A stretch of 64,000 bases of DNA from NCBI GenBank assembly GCA_963749495.1, contig CAVVMW010000001.1, forward strand, positions 608,001-672,000. Reading direction: 5' to 3'. The DNA comes from an uncultured bacterium. Lineage in GTDB: Bacteria > Verrucomicrobiota > Verrucomicrobiia > Limisphaerales > UBA8199. A model generated the notes under the pieces. The model had not been told where the DNA came from, ran no database searches, and was given only the letters and a program-made list of their open reading frames with translations. Numbering within the stretch: position 1 is the stretch's first letter; the number at the start of each line of letters is the position of its first letter. Positions 41,578 through 50,828 of this stretch are shown piece after piece. Position numbers and translations under genes: made by a program.

Positions 41578-42996
41578 ATGAAAACCAAAATGAGCGAGAC
41601 CCACTTCAGCCGCCGGCAGTTTCTGCGCGGCGCTGCCTTGACCACCACCAGCTTCCTGATCGTGCCCGGCTCGGTTCTGGGCCTGAACGGCGCCACCTCG
41701 GCCAACGAAAGACTCAACGTGGCCGGCATCGGCATCGGCGGCCAGGGTGGCTCGGACATCGACCAGATGAAGAGCGAGAATATCGTGGCGCTGTGCGACG
41801 TGGACAAGGACCATGCGGGGCATATGTTCAAGCAGTATCCCCAGGCAAAGCAATACACCGATTACCGGGTGATGCTGGACGAGGTGAAGGAGATTGACGG
41901 TGTGGTGGTGGGCACGCCGGACCATCATCATGCCTTCGCCTCGATGGCGGCGATGAAGCACGGCAAACACGTCTATTGCGAGAAACCGCTGACGCACTCG
42001 GTCTGGGAGGCGCGGCAACTGGCGCAGACCGCGCGCGCGGCGAAGGTGGCCACACAGATGGGCAACCAGGGCCAGGCCTCCAACGAGACCCGCAGGCTGT
42101 GCGAGTTGGTCTGGGCCGGCGCCATCGGGAAAGTCCTGGAGGCCCATATCTGGACCGACCGGCCCTCCAATGGTCTCTTCAACGAATACTGGCCTCAGGG
42201 TGTGACGCGCCCCAAAGACACACCTCCGGTCCCCGCGTCCCTCGACTGGGATCTCTGGCTCGGCCCCGCGCCGCAACGGCCCTATCACCCGGCCTATCTG
42301 CCTTTCAAGTGGCGCGGTTGGTGGGACTTCGGCACCGGCGCCCTGGGCGACATCGGCTGCCACTACATGGACCCGGTCTTCCGCGCCCTCAAGCTGGGCG
42401 CGCCCCTGAGCGTCCAGGCCGCTTCGACGCGCGTGAACGAGGAGACCTTTCCCCTCGGCTCGCTGGTTACCTACCAGTTCCCGGCCCGCTCCGCCGCGCC
42501 CCAGGCCAATAACGCCCACATCCGGGGCCTGAGCGGCGCCGCCGCCGGCGGCATCGAGATGCCCGCCTGCAAACTGGTCTGGTACGATGGCGGACTGCGC
42601 CCGCCCCGCCCCGATAGTTTGCCCGAGGGAACCAAGATGGGCGACAACGGCACCATGCTGGTCGGCGACAAGGGCTTCATTCTCAACGGCAGGATCTACC
42701 CGGAATCCTGCGCCAAAGAGGCGGGAGATGTCCCCCGGACCATCCCGCGCTCGCGAAACCACTACGGCGAATGGATTGCCGCCGCCAAGGGCGGCAAAGC
42801 CGCCGGCTCGAATTTCGATTTTGCAGGCCCCTTGGCGGAGTCGGTCCTCCTGGGGAACGTGGCCTTGCGCGTCCAACTGCGGGAAGAACTGACGATCTGC
42901 AGGTTGTTCTGGGACCCGGAAAACCTCAAGGTCACCAACCTGGACGATGCCTCGAAGTTCATCCGCCGCGAATACCGCGCCGGATGGAGTTTGTAG
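41578..42996 (+). CDS. Tat-exported Gfo/Idh/MocA oxidoreductase
   Basis: SRRQFL Tat motif; GIGGQG, TPDHHH, CEKP and GDIGCH motifs. Confidence 0.95.
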   Translation: MKTKMSETHFSRRQFLRGAALTTTSFLIVPGSVLGLNGATSANERLNVAGIGIGGQGGSDIDQMKSENIVALCDVDKDHAGHMFKQYPQAKQYTDYRVMLDEVKEIDGVVVGTPDHHHAFASMAAMKHGKHVYCEKPLTHSVWEARQLAQTARAAKVATQMGNQGQASNETRRLCELVWAGAIGKVLEAHIWTDRPSNGLFNEYWPQGVTRPKDTPPVPASLDWDLWLGPAPQRPYHPAYLPFKWRGWWDFGTGALGDIGCHYMDPVFRALKLGAPLSVQAASTRVNEETFPLGSLVTYQFPARSAAPQANNAHIRGLSGAAAGGIEMPACKLVWYDGGLRPPRPDSLPEGTKMGDNGTMLVGDKGFILNGRIYPESCAKEAGDVPRTIPRSRNHYGEWIAAAKGGKAAGSNFDFAGPLAESVLLGNVALRVQLREELTICRLFWDPENLKVTNLDDASKFIRREYRAGWSL

Positions 42997-43192
42997 CAGA
43001 ATCATAGGGCAAAATCATTGTCGGCAAAATCATAAGAAAGACTCTTCTGAAAAAATGATTCTGCCAGCAATGGTTTTGCCTTTTCCGCGGTGAGTTCAAA
43101 GGGTTGTGGCCTGGCGAGGGTCACAGGATCGTTGTTGGCAGAATCATAAGAAGTACTTTTCTAAGAATGATTCTGCGGCAATGATTCTGCCT
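42996..43192. repeat. GGCAGAATCAT/ATGATTCTGCC elements between convergent genes
   Basis: Multiple direct and inverted units; the glpD C-terminus and stop lie within it. Confidence 0.8.
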
Positions 43193-44705
43193 TCTCCACC
43201 GCCGTGAGGCGGGTGTAGCGTTCGAGTTCTGCGGCGCGGGTTTGCGGGGACCAGCCCAGCAGTTCGCCCATCCAATCGGCCACTCGCTCGGCCAGGCGCG
43301 GCGCCTCGGTGGAATAGTAGTGCCAGCTCGTGCGGCGCAACATCACGTCATCGAGGTGGACGGACCACTCGTTGGCCACGTAGTGCTCGACCGCGCGCCG
43401 GTTCAACTCGGGCGGCAGGATGCCGCTGACGCCCGCGACTTCCGCCGCCGGCAGCAATGGCTCTTGCGCCGTCCGGCACTCTGCGAAGACGCCATTGCCC
43501 CCGGCCGTCCTGGACGACTTGCCCAGCCAACGGATGATTCGGTCCACAGCCTGTTGCGCCATGAGCCGGTAGGTGGTGAGCTTGCCTCCGGCCACGTCCC
43601 ACCAGCCGGGCTCGGGGCTCTCGATTTGGTGCGAGCGCGAGATGTCCGAAGGTTTGCCTTTGGGATCGGCAATGAGCGGCCTGAGGCCGGCCCAGACACT
43701 GAGCACGTCGGCCTGCCGCAGCCCGGCCTTGGGGAAGAAGTGGTTGACCACTTCGAGCACATAAGAAATGTCCGAGTCATCGGCCCGGACGTCCTCGCTG
43801 GGGCCGCTGTAATCGGTGTCGGTGGTGCCCAGGATGGCGCGCTCGCCCCAGGGAATGGCAAAGAGGATGCGCCGGCCTTGGGTCATCACGACGCTGTCGG
43901 GCACCGGCACGCGCTCGCGCTGGACCACCAGGTGAATGCCTTTGGTGGCGCGGAGCTTGACCCGGCTGTGCGGCAGGCCATCGGCCCAGGGACCGGTGGC
44001 GTTGACGACCGCGCGGGTCCGGAGGATGAGCTTGCGGCCCGTCAGTTGGTCCTGGGCCTCGCATTCCCAGGTCTGGCCCCTGGCCGCCTGCTTGAAACGG
44101 CAGTAGTTGAGGATGAGGGCCCCGCTCCGGCTTGCCGAGCGCAGCGTATCCAGCGTGAGCCGCGCGTCGTTGGTGAACCCGTCGTAATAGCGGACCGCCC
44201 CGGCCAGGCGCTCCGGGTTGAGCGCCGGCACCCGCTGGAGGACATCGCGCGGGCTCAGCCAGGCGGACTTGCCCAGGTTGCGCCCGCCGCAGAGCAGGTC
44301 ATAAACCTTGACGCCGATCTTCAGTTGCCAGAGCGCCCAGTGCGGGTCCCCGCGATAGGCCGGGAATATGAAGGCGAGCGGCTCGGCCAGGTGCGGCGCG
44401 ATATGGTGGAGGACTTTCTTCTCGATGCTCGCCTCGCGGACCAGCCCGATGCGGCCCTGGGCCAGGTAACGCAGCCCGCCATGGAGCAGGCGGCTGGAGC
44501 GGCTGCTGGTGCCAAAGGCGAAATCGTGCTGCTCGACCAGGCCCGTCCTGAGCCCCCGCATCGCCGCGTCTCGCGCAATGCCCGAGCCGACTATGCCCCC
44601 GCCCACCACCAGCACGTCCAGCGGCGCCCCGGTCAATCCCTCGACCGCGCGAGCCCGCCGCTCCGCGAGGCCCTGACTCTGAGGTTTCTCGGAAGAATCA
44701 CTCAT
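43161..44705 (-). CDS. glpD: FAD-dependent glycerol-3-phosphate dehydrogenase/oxidase family
   Basis: GGGIVG, GTSSRSSRLLHGGLRYL, NATGPW and GGKLTTYR motifs. Confidence 0.9.
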   Translation of the reverse strand: MSDSSEKPQSQGLAERRARAVEGLTGAPLDVLVVGGGIVGSGIARDAAMRGLRTGLVEQHDFAFGTSSRSSRLLHGGLRYLAQGRIGLVREASIEKKVLHHIAPHLAEPLAFIFPAYRGDPHWALWQLKIGVKVYDLLCGGRNLGKSAWLSPRDVLQRVPALNPERLAGAVRYYDGFTNDARLTLDTLRSASRSGALILNYCRFKQAARGQTWECEAQDQLTGRKLILRTRAVVNATGPWADGLPHSRVKLRATKGIHLVVQRERVPVPDSVVMTQGRRILFAIPWGERAILGTTDTDYSGPSEDVRADDSDISYVLEVVNHFFPKAGLRQADVLSVWAGLRPLIADPKGKPSDISRSHQIESPEPGWWDVAGGKLTTYRLMAQQAVDRIIRWLGKSSRTAGGNGVFAECRTAQEPLLPAAEVAGVSGILPPELNRRAVEHYVANEWSVHLDDVMLRRTSWHYYSTEAPRLAERVADWMGELLGWSPQTRAAELERYTRLTAVEKAESLPQNHS

Positions 44706-44707
44706 TG

Positions 44708-44836
44708 CGTCATTCGTCATTCGTCATTCGCCAATCGGCAATAGCCAATAGCCAATGGCCAATAGCCAATAGCCAACCGTCATTCGTCATTCGTCATTCG
44801 TCATTCGTCATTCGTCATTCGTCATTCGTCATTCGC
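44708..44836. repeat. (TCATTCG)n array with an (AATAGCC)n array nested inside
   Basis: Fills the whole gap between the HAD gene and glpD. Confidence 0.95.
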
Positions 44837-45662
44837 CTCCGGCGCCGCGCTGAGCGGCGCGCAACCGGCTGCCGAACTCGGCCAGGCTCGCAAACACGAA
44901 ATCGGGCGGCGGCTCATGGTTGCTGGCCTGGGCAGGCGTCGTCTCGCCGGTCAGCACCAACACCCCCACGGCTCCCGCGCGCCGCGCCATGGCCATGTCC
45001 GTGTAAAGCCTGTCGCCCACCATCGCCAGGTTCTCGGGGCGCAGCGAATGGCGGCGCAGTATCCCCTGGAGCATCGCCGGGTCCGGCTTGCCGAGCACCT
45101 TTTTGGGAGGGCAGCCCGTGGCGTGCTCGAGCGCCGCCGTGATTGAGCCGCAATCCACCAGCACCGTCGGCTGGTCAGTGGGGCAGACCCGGTCCGGGTT
45201 GGTGGCGAAATACGGTTTGCCCTGTTTGATCCACCAGGCCGCCCGGCAAAGCCGCGCGTAGGTCAGCGTCATATCGAAGCTCACCAGCACCGCGTCGGGA
45301 CTGGCGTTCGGGTCGTCGGGCAGGAGAGTGAACCCGGCGGCCTCCAGGTCCTGGCACAACCCGGGCGTGCCCAGGACAAAGAGCCGCCGCACCTGTGGCC
45401 AGTGCAGGCGCAGGTGCTCGATGGTCGAGTGGGTCGAGGTGTAAAGCTGGTTGGCGTCGGCCGGGATGCCGATCCGGCGCAGGAGCGCCAGGTAATCGGC
45501 CGTGCTCTTGGAGGGGTTATTGGTCAAGAACGTGTGGCCTATGCCCAAGTCGTCCAGCGACGCCAGGAACGGCATCGTGGTCTTGAACAAGGTGCCGCCG
45601 AGATAGATCGTGCCATCGAGATCCAGGGCGACATGCCGGATATTGGCGAGCCGAACGCTCAT
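44829..45662 (-). CDS. HAD-IIA (NagD-like) hydrolase
   Basis: DLDGT, LTNN, GKP and MVGDRLYTD motifs. Confidence 0.92.
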   Translation of the reverse strand: MSVRLANIRHVALDLDGTIYLGGTLFKTTMPFLASLDDLGIGHTFLTNNPSKSTADYLALLRRIGIPADANQLYTSTHSTIEHLRLHWPQVRRLFVLGTPGLCQDLEAAGFTLLPDDPNASPDAVLVSFDMTLTYARLCRAAWWIKQGKPYFATNPDRVCPTDQPTVLVDCGSITAALEHATGCPPKKVLGKPDPAMLQGILRRHSLRPENLAMVGDRLYTDMAMARRAGAVGVLVLTGETTPAQASNHEPPPDFVFASLAEFGSRLRAAQRGAGGE

Positions 45663-45804
45663 CTATCACACTAGCTAACCCGCTGCCCGGAGCCGTGTCA
45701 ATCCCGTCCCTTATGTCGCTTATGTCGCTTATGTCCCTTTTGTCCCTTCCGATTAAGAGAAACGGATTGACCCGGGCCTGTCGCATAAGGATACTGCAGC
45801 CAAT

Positions 45805-46485
45805 ATGAGAGTGACCTATTACGGACACGCGTGTTTTGCGGCGCAGGTTGAGGGAAAGACCCTGTTGTTCGACCCGTTCATCACGGGCAACGAATTGGCC
45901 AAGGCCATTGACCCGCGCAAGGTGCCGGCCGACTACATTCTCATCTCGCACGGGCACTTCGACCATTTGGGCGACGCGGCGGACATCGCCAGGCGGACCG
46001 GCGCGACCATCGTGTCGAATTTCGAAATCACCACCTGGTTCGGCAAGCAGGGGCTCGACAAGTCCCATCCCTTGAACCATGGCGGCGGCTACAACTTCGA
46101 CTTCGGGCGTGTCAAGCTGGTCAACGCCATTCATTCCAGCAGCCTGCCCGACGGGAGCTACGGGGGCAATCCGGGCGGGTTTGTGGTCGAGAGCGCCCAG
46201 GGCAACTTCTATTACTCCGGCGACACCGCGCTGACGATGGACATGAAGCTGATCGGCGAATCGTGCCAATTGAGTTTCGCCGTGCTGCCCATCGGCGACA
46301 ACTTCACGATGGGGATCGACGATGCCCTCAAGGCCGCCCAATTCGTCCAGTGCAACCGTGTCCTGGGCCTCCATTTCAACACCTTCCCCCCCATCCGCAT
46401 CGACCCCCAGTCCGCCGCCGCCAAGTTCCAGGCCGCCGGCAAACAGCTCGTCCTGCTCCAGCCAGGGCAAAGCCGGGAGTTTTAA
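45805..46485 (+). CDS. Metallo-beta-lactamase-fold hydrolase (UPF0173-like)
   Basis: SHGHFDH, HSSS, GDT and LPIGDNFTM motifs. Confidence 0.92.
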   Translation: MRVTYYGHACFAAQVEGKTLLFDPFITGNELAKAIDPRKVPADYILISHGHFDHLGDAADIARRTGATIVSNFEITTWFGKQGLDKSHPLNHGGGYNFDFGRVKLVNAIHSSSLPDGSYGGNPGGFVVESAQGNFYYSGDTALTMDMKLIGESCQLSFAVLPIGDNFTMGIDDALKAAQFVQCNRVLGLHFNTFPPIRIDPQSAAAKFQAAGKQLVLLQPGQSREF

Positions 46486-46520
46486 GTCATCAGTGGACGC
46501 GGGCGCGGTGCCGCGGGCGG

Positions 46521-46664
46521 ACCCCTCACCCCGGCCCTCTCCCCTCGGAGGGGAGAGGGAGAGTTCTCGGCAGCGGCTTGAGGAAGCGGAGGCGTCTGGA
46601 AGTTCCAGAGACTGGCCACGCTTCTCCCTCTCCCCTTCGGAAGGGGAGAGGGCCGGGGTGAGGG
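46521..46664. repeat. Palindromic element, CCCTCACCCC family
   Basis: Near-identical to 30581-30722. Confidence 0.9.
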
Positions 46665-46760
46665 GTCCGCCAGGGGCTCTGGGTTGACCATGGCCGACGG
46701 GTTACCGGGGGTTTTAGTTTTGGTTTGCGGCATCGCATCCAACTGGATTAGTGTGACGCC

Positions 46761-46982
46761 ATGGTGAAGCAGCCGTTGGTTAACCTGGAAGAGAAGATTG
46801 ACAAGGTCGTCGGGCGGCGACTCAGGGCTCCCGACCCCCTTTCGGTCCGGACCAGCAACAAGGCTGATTCCGTGGCCTGGCGCAAGGCCTTTGGCGGGGT
46901 CAAGGTCCCCCGGGGTGTTCATCGGTTTCACACGCATGAAGAGGCCAACCAGTGGTTATGGCGGATGATCTGCCGGCCTTAA
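46761..46982 (+). CDS. Small hypothetical protein (partner of a nucleotidyltransferase)
   Basis: PRGVHRFHTHEEANQW motif; overlaps the next mini-ORF. Confidence 0.6.
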   Translation: MVKQPLVNLEEKIDKVVGRRLRAPDPLSVRTSNKADSVAWRKAFGGVKVPRGVHRFHTHEEANQWLWRMICRP

Positions 46983-47083
46983 ACGAGCTGGAGCCGCGCG
47001 AGCCCACGGTCGAGGACCTGCGCGACCTTGTTTTCCTCCGCCACTGGTTCGCCCAGCGCGGCCAGCCGCCGCCCGAGGTCTGA
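46958..47083 (+). pseudogene. Internally deleted nucleotidyltransferase-like gene (41 aa)
   Basis: MADDLPALNELEPREPTVEDLRDL|VFLRHWFAQRGQPPPEV resembles the two termini of a longer family. Confidence 0.45.
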
Positions 47084-47234
47084 GGAGATATGAACTGCCG
47101 GGCGGAAACCAGTTTTTGGCAACCCGCTGTGATCGTTCGCCCTTTGCCCCTGGCCCGGGCCCTCGCCCTGTCGGACGGGCAGAGGGAGCAGTTTTGTCTG
47201 GACGGTCTCAGGGAGACTGTGGGATAATCCCACT

Positions 47235-47465
47235 ATGATTTTGATCGCGGACAAGAAGCGGCGGGTCGTTTTGCCCGGGCAGGCCCGGCCGGGCGACGTG
47301 TTCGATTGCGTGGAGCGAGGTGACCGCTTCGTGCTGGTGCGGTTGAAACCCGTGGCCCGGGCAAAACCCCCGGTAGCCGGGAAACCGCTTGCGCGGGCTG
47401 TGCTGCGGGGGATCAACCTGGACGAGCCGGCCTTCGCGCCGTTGCGTGATGAAGGCGCTGATTGA
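47235..47465 (+). CDS. AbrB-like antitoxin
   Basis: DKKRRVVLPG..RPGDVF; overlaps a PIN start. Confidence 0.6.
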   Translation: MILIADKKRRVVLPGQARPGDVFDCVERGDRFVLVRLKPVARAKPPVAGKPLARAVLRGINLDEPAFAPLRDEGAD

Positions 47466-47555
47466 CACAGGGGTTTGGTTCCGGCGCTACTTCCGGCTGC
47501 CCATGAGCCGGTCCTTGAAGACATTCCTGGAAAGCCAGGTCACCGAGTTCCATCA
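47449..47555 (+). pseudogene. Truncated PIN/VapC toxin
   Basis: MKALIDTGVW N-terminal PIN motif, cut after about 35 aa just before the DUF2167 start. Confidence 0.6.
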
Positions 47556-47566
47556 GAAAAACCACC

Positions 47567-48430
47567 ATGTCCCCCTCTCCATTGAAAAGGATTGCCGCCG
47601 CCGCTTGCGCCTTGGTGCTGGCGGCCTTGCCCCTCCAGGGGCAGAAATCCGACGCTGCGGGCAGTCTCCATTTGGTCAAGGGACCGACCAACGCCGCCCT
47701 GGGAACCGTCGCCCAGGCAGCCGTGCCCGCCGGATTCACCTTCCTCGACGGCCAGGGCACCCGCGCCTTTCTCAAGGCCCAGGGCGAGCCTGTGAGCGGG
47801 CGCGAAGTCGGGTTCATGATTAGCACCAACAAATGGGGCGTCTTTTTCATCTTCGACCCGAGCGGCTATGTGAAGGACAATGACAAGGCCGAGCTCGACG
47901 CGGACAAGCTGCTGGCGGCGATCAAGCAGGGCACGGCCGAGGCGAACAAGGTGCGGCAGAGCAATGGCAAACCGCCCATCGAGGTGGTCGGCTGGGAGGT
48001 CCCGCCCCGCTACGACGCCACGACCCACAACCTGGAGTGGGCGATCCGGGCGACCAGCCAAGGCGAGCCCTTCCTGAATTACAACACGCGGTTGCTCGGG
48101 CGCAAAGGGGTGATGGAGGTCGTCCTGGCGGTCGACCCGGAGAACCTCTCCCAGACCTTGCCCGCCTTCCGCAGCCTGCTCAGCGGCTTTTCCTTCCAAT
48201 CTGGCCAGACTTACGCCGAGTACCGCCCCGGGGACAAAGTGGCCAAGTACGGGCTGGGCGCGCTGGTGGTGGGCGGCGCGGCGGTGGGCGCGGCGAAATT
48301 GGGCCTGTTTGCCTGGGCAGCGGTGCTCTTCAAGAAGGCCTGGAAGCTCATTATCGTCGCCTTCGCGGCCGTGGCGGCCTTTTTCAGGAAGCTGTTCTCC
48401 AGACGCGCCTCCAGGAGACCCTCAATTTAG
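47567..48430 (+). CDS. DUF2167 family membrane-anchored protein
   Basis: GYVKD, GW..PPRYD, NYNTRLLGRKG and GDKVAKYGL motifs. Confidence 0.9.
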   Translation: MSPSPLKRIAAAACALVLAALPLQGQKSDAAGSLHLVKGPTNAALGTVAQAAVPAGFTFLDGQGTRAFLKAQGEPVSGREVGFMISTNKWGVFFIFDPSGYVKDNDKAELDADKLLAAIKQGTAEANKVRQSNGKPPIEVVGWEVPPRYDATTHNLEWAIRATSQGEPFLNYNTRLLGRKGVMEVVLAVDPENLSQTLPAFRSLLSGFSFQSGQTYAEYRPGDKVAKYGLGALVVGGAAVGAAKLGLFAWAAVLFKKAWKLIIVAFAAVAAFFRKLFSRRASRRPSI

Positions 48431-48438
48431 CGGTCATG

Positions 48439-48530
48439 CCTTTGTCGCAACCTTTGTCGCAACCTTTGTCGCCAACTTTGTCGAGAAAATGGCCGATTGG
48501 ACAAAGGTTGCGACAAAGGCTGCGACAAAG
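48439..48530. repeat. Inverted 12-mer arrays CTTTGTCG../..CGACAAAG
   Basis: Same family at 10078, 25650 and 51855. Confidence 0.9.
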
Positions 48531-48554
48531 TTGTGGTTTTGCGCCGGCTCCAGG

Positions 48555-49713
48555 ATGAACGACGTGGAGTTGCTCTTTGTAGTGCTGGCGGTCCTCTACG
48601 CGTGGGAATGCGTCTGCTGGGTGCCCCGGGGGCTCGGTGCTTTTTATGACCTGGCTTGGGCGGCACTGGCGGCTGGCGCATCCGGGCGCGATTCTGGGCA
48701 ACCAGCGGGGCGGCCTGCTGCTAGCCCCGCCGTTGCCGCCGCTGGGCACGCTGCTCACGGGCAATCAATACCCGCTTTCACTCTCGCCCCAGGCGCTCCT
48801 GGCCTTCGTGGCCCCGAGTGTCAATCCGGGCATGCGCCCGGCGCAGACGGGGGAATTGGTGGGATGGGAGGAGGTCCGCAGCGTCAAGGCGCGCGGCAAG
48901 CAGGTGCGCGTGAATGGCCGGCGCTTGCTGGCGGCGTCCTCGACGCTCTGTGCCGCGCGCCTGGCAGGGCAGTTGGAGGAATTGAGCCGGTTGCCGGCCG
49001 CCAAACGCGCCGCCGCCATCGAGCAACTCATCCGGGAGGGCCTCGACACCAAGGCCGTCGAGGGCAGATGGGCGGAGTTTCAGCAACAGGCCTCCGGCCT
49101 GCGGCTGCCGGCCAACCTGCTGGTCGGCTATGTGTTTGGGGCCGCGCCTCTCTTGATATGGCAGTTCGGGTTCCGGCGGTGCTGGCTCGGGTTGCTGCTC
49201 GGGTTGCTCGGATTCACCATCACCATCGCCACCGGGTTTCGCCGAGCCCACAGGGCGCTCTACCCGGAGGCCGAAGACGAACGCTTCACCCAGTTCCTGC
49301 TCGTCCTGCTGGCGCCTGCCACGACCATGCGCGCCCTGGACCTCCTCTCGCGTCCGCTTCTGGAACGGTTCCATCCGCTGGCCATCGCCAGGGTGTTCTG
49401 TCCCGAGCCGGAATTTGGCGACTTTGCCCGGGCCGCGTGGCGGGAGGTCTGTCATCCCGCGCTGCCGGTCTGTCCCGCCGGCGAGCCGCGCGCGGCCGAG
49501 GTCGAGATGTACTTTCGCGGCGCCCTCAAGAGCGGGATCGAGAAGCTGCTCCGGCAGAGCGCTCTGGCTCCCGAGACGTTGGCTGCGCCGCCTGCCCCCG
49601 CCGATGAGACGTGCCGCTGGTATTGCCCGCACTGCCTGGCCCAGTTCACCGCCGGGCCGGGGGCCTGCGCCGATTGCGGCGGCTTGGCCCTGCTGCCATT
49701 GAACGGGAGTTGA
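48555..49713 (+). CDS. Membrane hypothetical protein with a C-terminal zinc ribbon (frameshift near 48630)
   Basis: MNDVELLFVVLAVLY.. joins ORF 48637..49713; CPHC...CADC. Confidence 0.65.
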
Positions 49714-49739
49714 CCGGGAAGGCAGTTGCCAGCCCAAGC

Positions 49740-50828
49740 ATGGACCCCGCGCTCGAACTGGAATCTAAAAGGCTGGCCCAATCCTGGCTCCAGCACGACG
49801 CGGCCCGGTTGCGCGATTACCTCGTGGCCGGCGTGGAAGACCCGCGCATCAATCTCCAGAGCATCCTCTCCCGCCATTTTCTCCTGCGCGTCCTGGCGCC
49901 CGGAGACTGCGCCCCGCTCATGGAAGAGGAATACCGCTTCGCCGCCGCCCTGAACTGGCTGGTCCAACTGGCCGGCCGGGCCGCAGACAACCAGGAGTTG
50001 CTCGAAGTCCTCCACGCCCTGAGGCGCGGGGGAGACAATGCCGAGGGCATCGAGATCCCGGCGTTCGTGGGCAGGACCTTCGCCCGGCTGCCGGTGCACG
50101 CCTCGGGCGTGACTGTGCCCAATTACATCGAGGCATTTCTCTCCGGCGCCCGCATTGGCAGCCCGCAGGCTCAGCCTCACCAACCCTCCCTGGACACATT
50201 CCGCGATCTCTGGCGCAACGTCCTGGCCGGGCGGGGCGGGGCCGGAGTGCGCCCCTCCTCGGGCGAGGCAGCGTCCCCAGCCGGGTCGGCGGTGGAACAT
50301 CCCAGCGGCCCCGCGGTCTCCGTCCTGGAGCCGGCCTGCGGCTCGGCCAACGATTACCGGTTCCTGGAGGCCTACGGCATCGCGCAACGGATCGAGTACC
50401 ACGGGTTCGACCTTTGTGCGACGAGCGTCGAGAATGCCCGCGCCCTGTTTCCCGGCGTTCGTTTCGGGATTGGCAACGTGTTCGAGATCGCCGCGCCGGA
50501 CAAACGGTTCGACTTCTGCTTCGTTCACGACCTTTTCGAGCACCTCTCGCCCGCCGGGATCCAGGCCGCCGTCAAGGAGGTCTGCCGCGTCACCCGCCGC
50601 GGCCTCTGCGTGGGCTTCTTCCACATGGACGAGATCCCCGCCCACCAGGTGCGGCCCCTGCGGGACTACTATTGGAACACCCTCAGCATGGCGCGCATGA
50701 AGGAGTTGTTCGCCGCCTGCGGCTTCGACGCGCGCGCCTTGCACATCGGCGCCTTCCTCCGCTCCCATACCGGCTGCGACCAGACCCACAATCCCCTGGC
50801 CTATACCTTCATAGCCCGAAGGGCTTAA
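49740..50828 (+). CDS. Class I SAM-dependent methyltransferase
   Basis: VLEPACGS, GFDL and HDLFEHL motifs. Confidence 0.8.
   Translation: MDPALELESKRLAQSWLQHDAARLRDYLVAGVEDPRINLQSILSRHFLLRVLAPGDCAPLMEEEYRFAAALNWLVQLAGRAADNQELLEVLHALRRGGDNAEGIEIPAFVGRTFARLPVHASGVTVPNYIEAFLSGARIGSPQAQPHQPSLDTFRDLWRNVLAGRGGAGVRPSSGEAASPAGSAVEHPSGPAVSVLEPACGSANDYRFLEAYGIAQRIEYHGFDLCATSVENARALFPGVRFGIGNVFEIAAPDKRFDFCFVHDLFEHLSPAGIQAAVKEVCRVTRRGLCVGFFHMDEIPAHQVRPLRDYYWNTLSMARMKELFAACGFDARALHIGAFLRSHTGCDQTHNPLAYTFIARRA

Noticed and set aside
46500..47566. Integron cassette array
   Set aside because: No integrase, and I could not identify attC sites with RYYYAAC/GTTRRRY ends.
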